In this document: positions 48,188 to 49,277 of the stretch, piece by piece | How the letters are laid out: each line of letters begins with the position of its first letter | Position numbering within the stretch: the first letter of the stretch is position 1 | NCBI GenBank assembly: GCA_039927695.1 | Contig: JBDSUM010000004.1 | Coordinates: forward strand, 1-49,277 | From: Minisyncoccota bacterium | Lineage (GTDB): Bacteria > Patescibacteriota > Minisyncoccia > Phycocordibacterales > Phycocordibacteraceae | Length of the DNA stretch: 49,277 bases | Direction of reading: 5' to 3' | The notes under the pieces: model-generated | Told to the model about the DNA's origin: nothing | The model's database searches: none | What the model saw: the letters and a program-made list of their open reading frames with translations, nothing else | Translations under genes and position numbers: made by a program

Positions 48188-49082
48188 GAAGTATAGATAA
48201 AATATAACGCACTTTTTGCATGAACGTAACGCGGAAAACGGTATCAAAAAGATACCGGTCAGCTTCGTTATGGACGTCACCCGAACTAGGAGTGCGATAC
48301 GGCGGAGGGAAGGAGTTCGCATCTACTGATCTACTCGTATCGCCCACAGTATGGGTTGCGTCGCTACCAAAGCCGATATTCTCGACAAGGTTAGTATTAG
48401 GTACTATTGCCACGCCGTTGTTTAGCCACTGAGCAAATAACCACTTGGTATCCCATGCTGTTCGAGTGCCTGCATGTAGCTTGCGCAGGTACTTAATCCA
48501 AAATCGTTGCTCCTCGACTCGCGGGAGTATTGTGGCTAATGAATTGTGTTCGATAAAACCTGGTAGCGCAGCAAGTGCCGTGTCGTACTTTTCCCATGCA
48601 CGCTTCCACGTTGCCCAGCCCCACGTATTTCCATAGTTTGAAAAATAATAACTGCCGTCACCACGTATCCGCTCTTTCTGGAAATTATTTCCTGACACCA
48701 TCATCACGCGCTCGTCACTTCGATATCGTTCGAGCATCTCACTGGTAAAGGTAAAGAAGTCAGGATGAGGAATACAATCGTCTTCGAGAATTATGCCTTC
48801 AGGTTCATTTTCGAAGAACCACGAAATAGCAGCTTCAACAGCAGGATCAACTCCTTGATTCACTTCAGAAAAGAGAGTCTTTACTGTGCAAGGCCAGGGA
48901 ATGTTTTGTGCGACAGTTCTTGCCGCGAGACATCTTTCGGCTTCTCCGGGAACATCAGGTCGTGGACCGTCTGCTGCTATGTATATGAGAGATGGTTTAA
49001 CCTGCGAAAGAGAATCAATAAGATTCCGTACAATATCGGGACGGTTAAATATGATAATCAGTACGGGTGGAATGGTCGCCAT
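48135..49082 (-). CDS. Nucleotide-diphospho-sugar transferase (GT-A fold)
   Basis: FNRP, ADGPR, IILEDDC, WGWATW and NIGFG motifs. Start ATG 49082. Confidence 0.85.
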   Translation of the reverse strand: MATIPPVLIIIFNRPDIVRNLIDSLSQVKPSLIYIAADGPRPDVPGEAERCLAARTVAQNIPWPCTVKTLFSEVNQGVDPAVEAAISWFFENEPEGIILEDDCIPHPDFFTFTSEMLERYRSDERVMMVSGNNFQKERIRGDGSYYFSNYGNTWGWATWKRAWEKYDTALAALPGFIEHNSLATILPRVEEQRFWIKYLRKLHAGTRTAWDTKWLFAQWLNNGVAIVPNTNLVENIGFGSDATHTVGDTSRSVDANSFPPPYRTPSSGDVHNEADRYLFDTVFRVTFMQKVRYILSILHGKARSISPTSSKTAPY

Positions 49083-49083
49083 T

Positions 49084-49277
49084 TCAGGCATTATAGCTGT
49101 GAAATGAGAACGACGCATTGATACCCGCGTAGTCACGCTTTAGAGCTTCAAGATCAGGTAGTCGCTTACGCGAAAATGATTTGTTGTAGAACGGCATCAG
49201 CTCAACTTCTTTTGGATAATTATATAAAAGCCAATTGCCATAGGTGTCATAGTCGGAAATGCCGGAGCTCTTGGTGC
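49084..49277 (-). CDS. 3' end of a glycan-locus gene truncated by the window edge
   Basis: Open frame ...ISDYDTYGNWLLYNYP...SFSFHSYNA* stops 1 nt before the next ATG. Confidence 0.55.
   Translation of the reverse strand, partial: TKSSGISDYDTYGNWLLYNYPKEVELMPFYNKSFSRKRLPDLEALKRDYAGINASFSFHSYNA

Overview
This is a 49-kb chromosomal segment of a Patescibacteria (CPR, Parcubacteria-type) bacterium, inferred from 16S signature substitutions, rRNA insertions, an archaeal-type pyrH and giant peptidoglycan-binding surface proteins. The rRNA genes are unlinked: a 23S-5S unit at 2.3-6.6 kb, and a separately promoted 16S at 32.9-34.3 kb followed by tRNA-Ile. The 23S carries four insertions: a hairpin, a ~400-nt helix-45 intervening sequence (IVS), and ORF-less group I introns at L1931 and L2593. 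Housekeeping genes include rodA, folD, secDF, pyrH, murD-murI-murC and rsmI. There is a surface-protein island at 16.7-32.6 kb and a glycosyl/methyltransferase cluster at 42.9-49.3 kb. The most notable observations: (1) the helix-45 IVS holds a diverged second copy of the 23S domain I H5-H10 module with compensatory changes in a helix and in the loop-loop pseudoknot; (2) a GC-rich three-gene HfaA-like/CsgG-HfaB/beta-repeat locus resembling a curli or holdfast-anchor secretion system sits in a lineage thought to lack an outer membrane, and its pore protein has no lipobox Cys; (3) the same 13-bp inverted repeat occurs in a 23S intron and in the 16S trailer; (4) the anti-Shine-Dalgarno is degenerate and many genes have a -10 box right before the start codon; (5) a C7-tract frameshift splits a large surface protein gene that is flanked by 58-bp direct repeats. 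All family calls come from motif recognition by eye; no searches were run.
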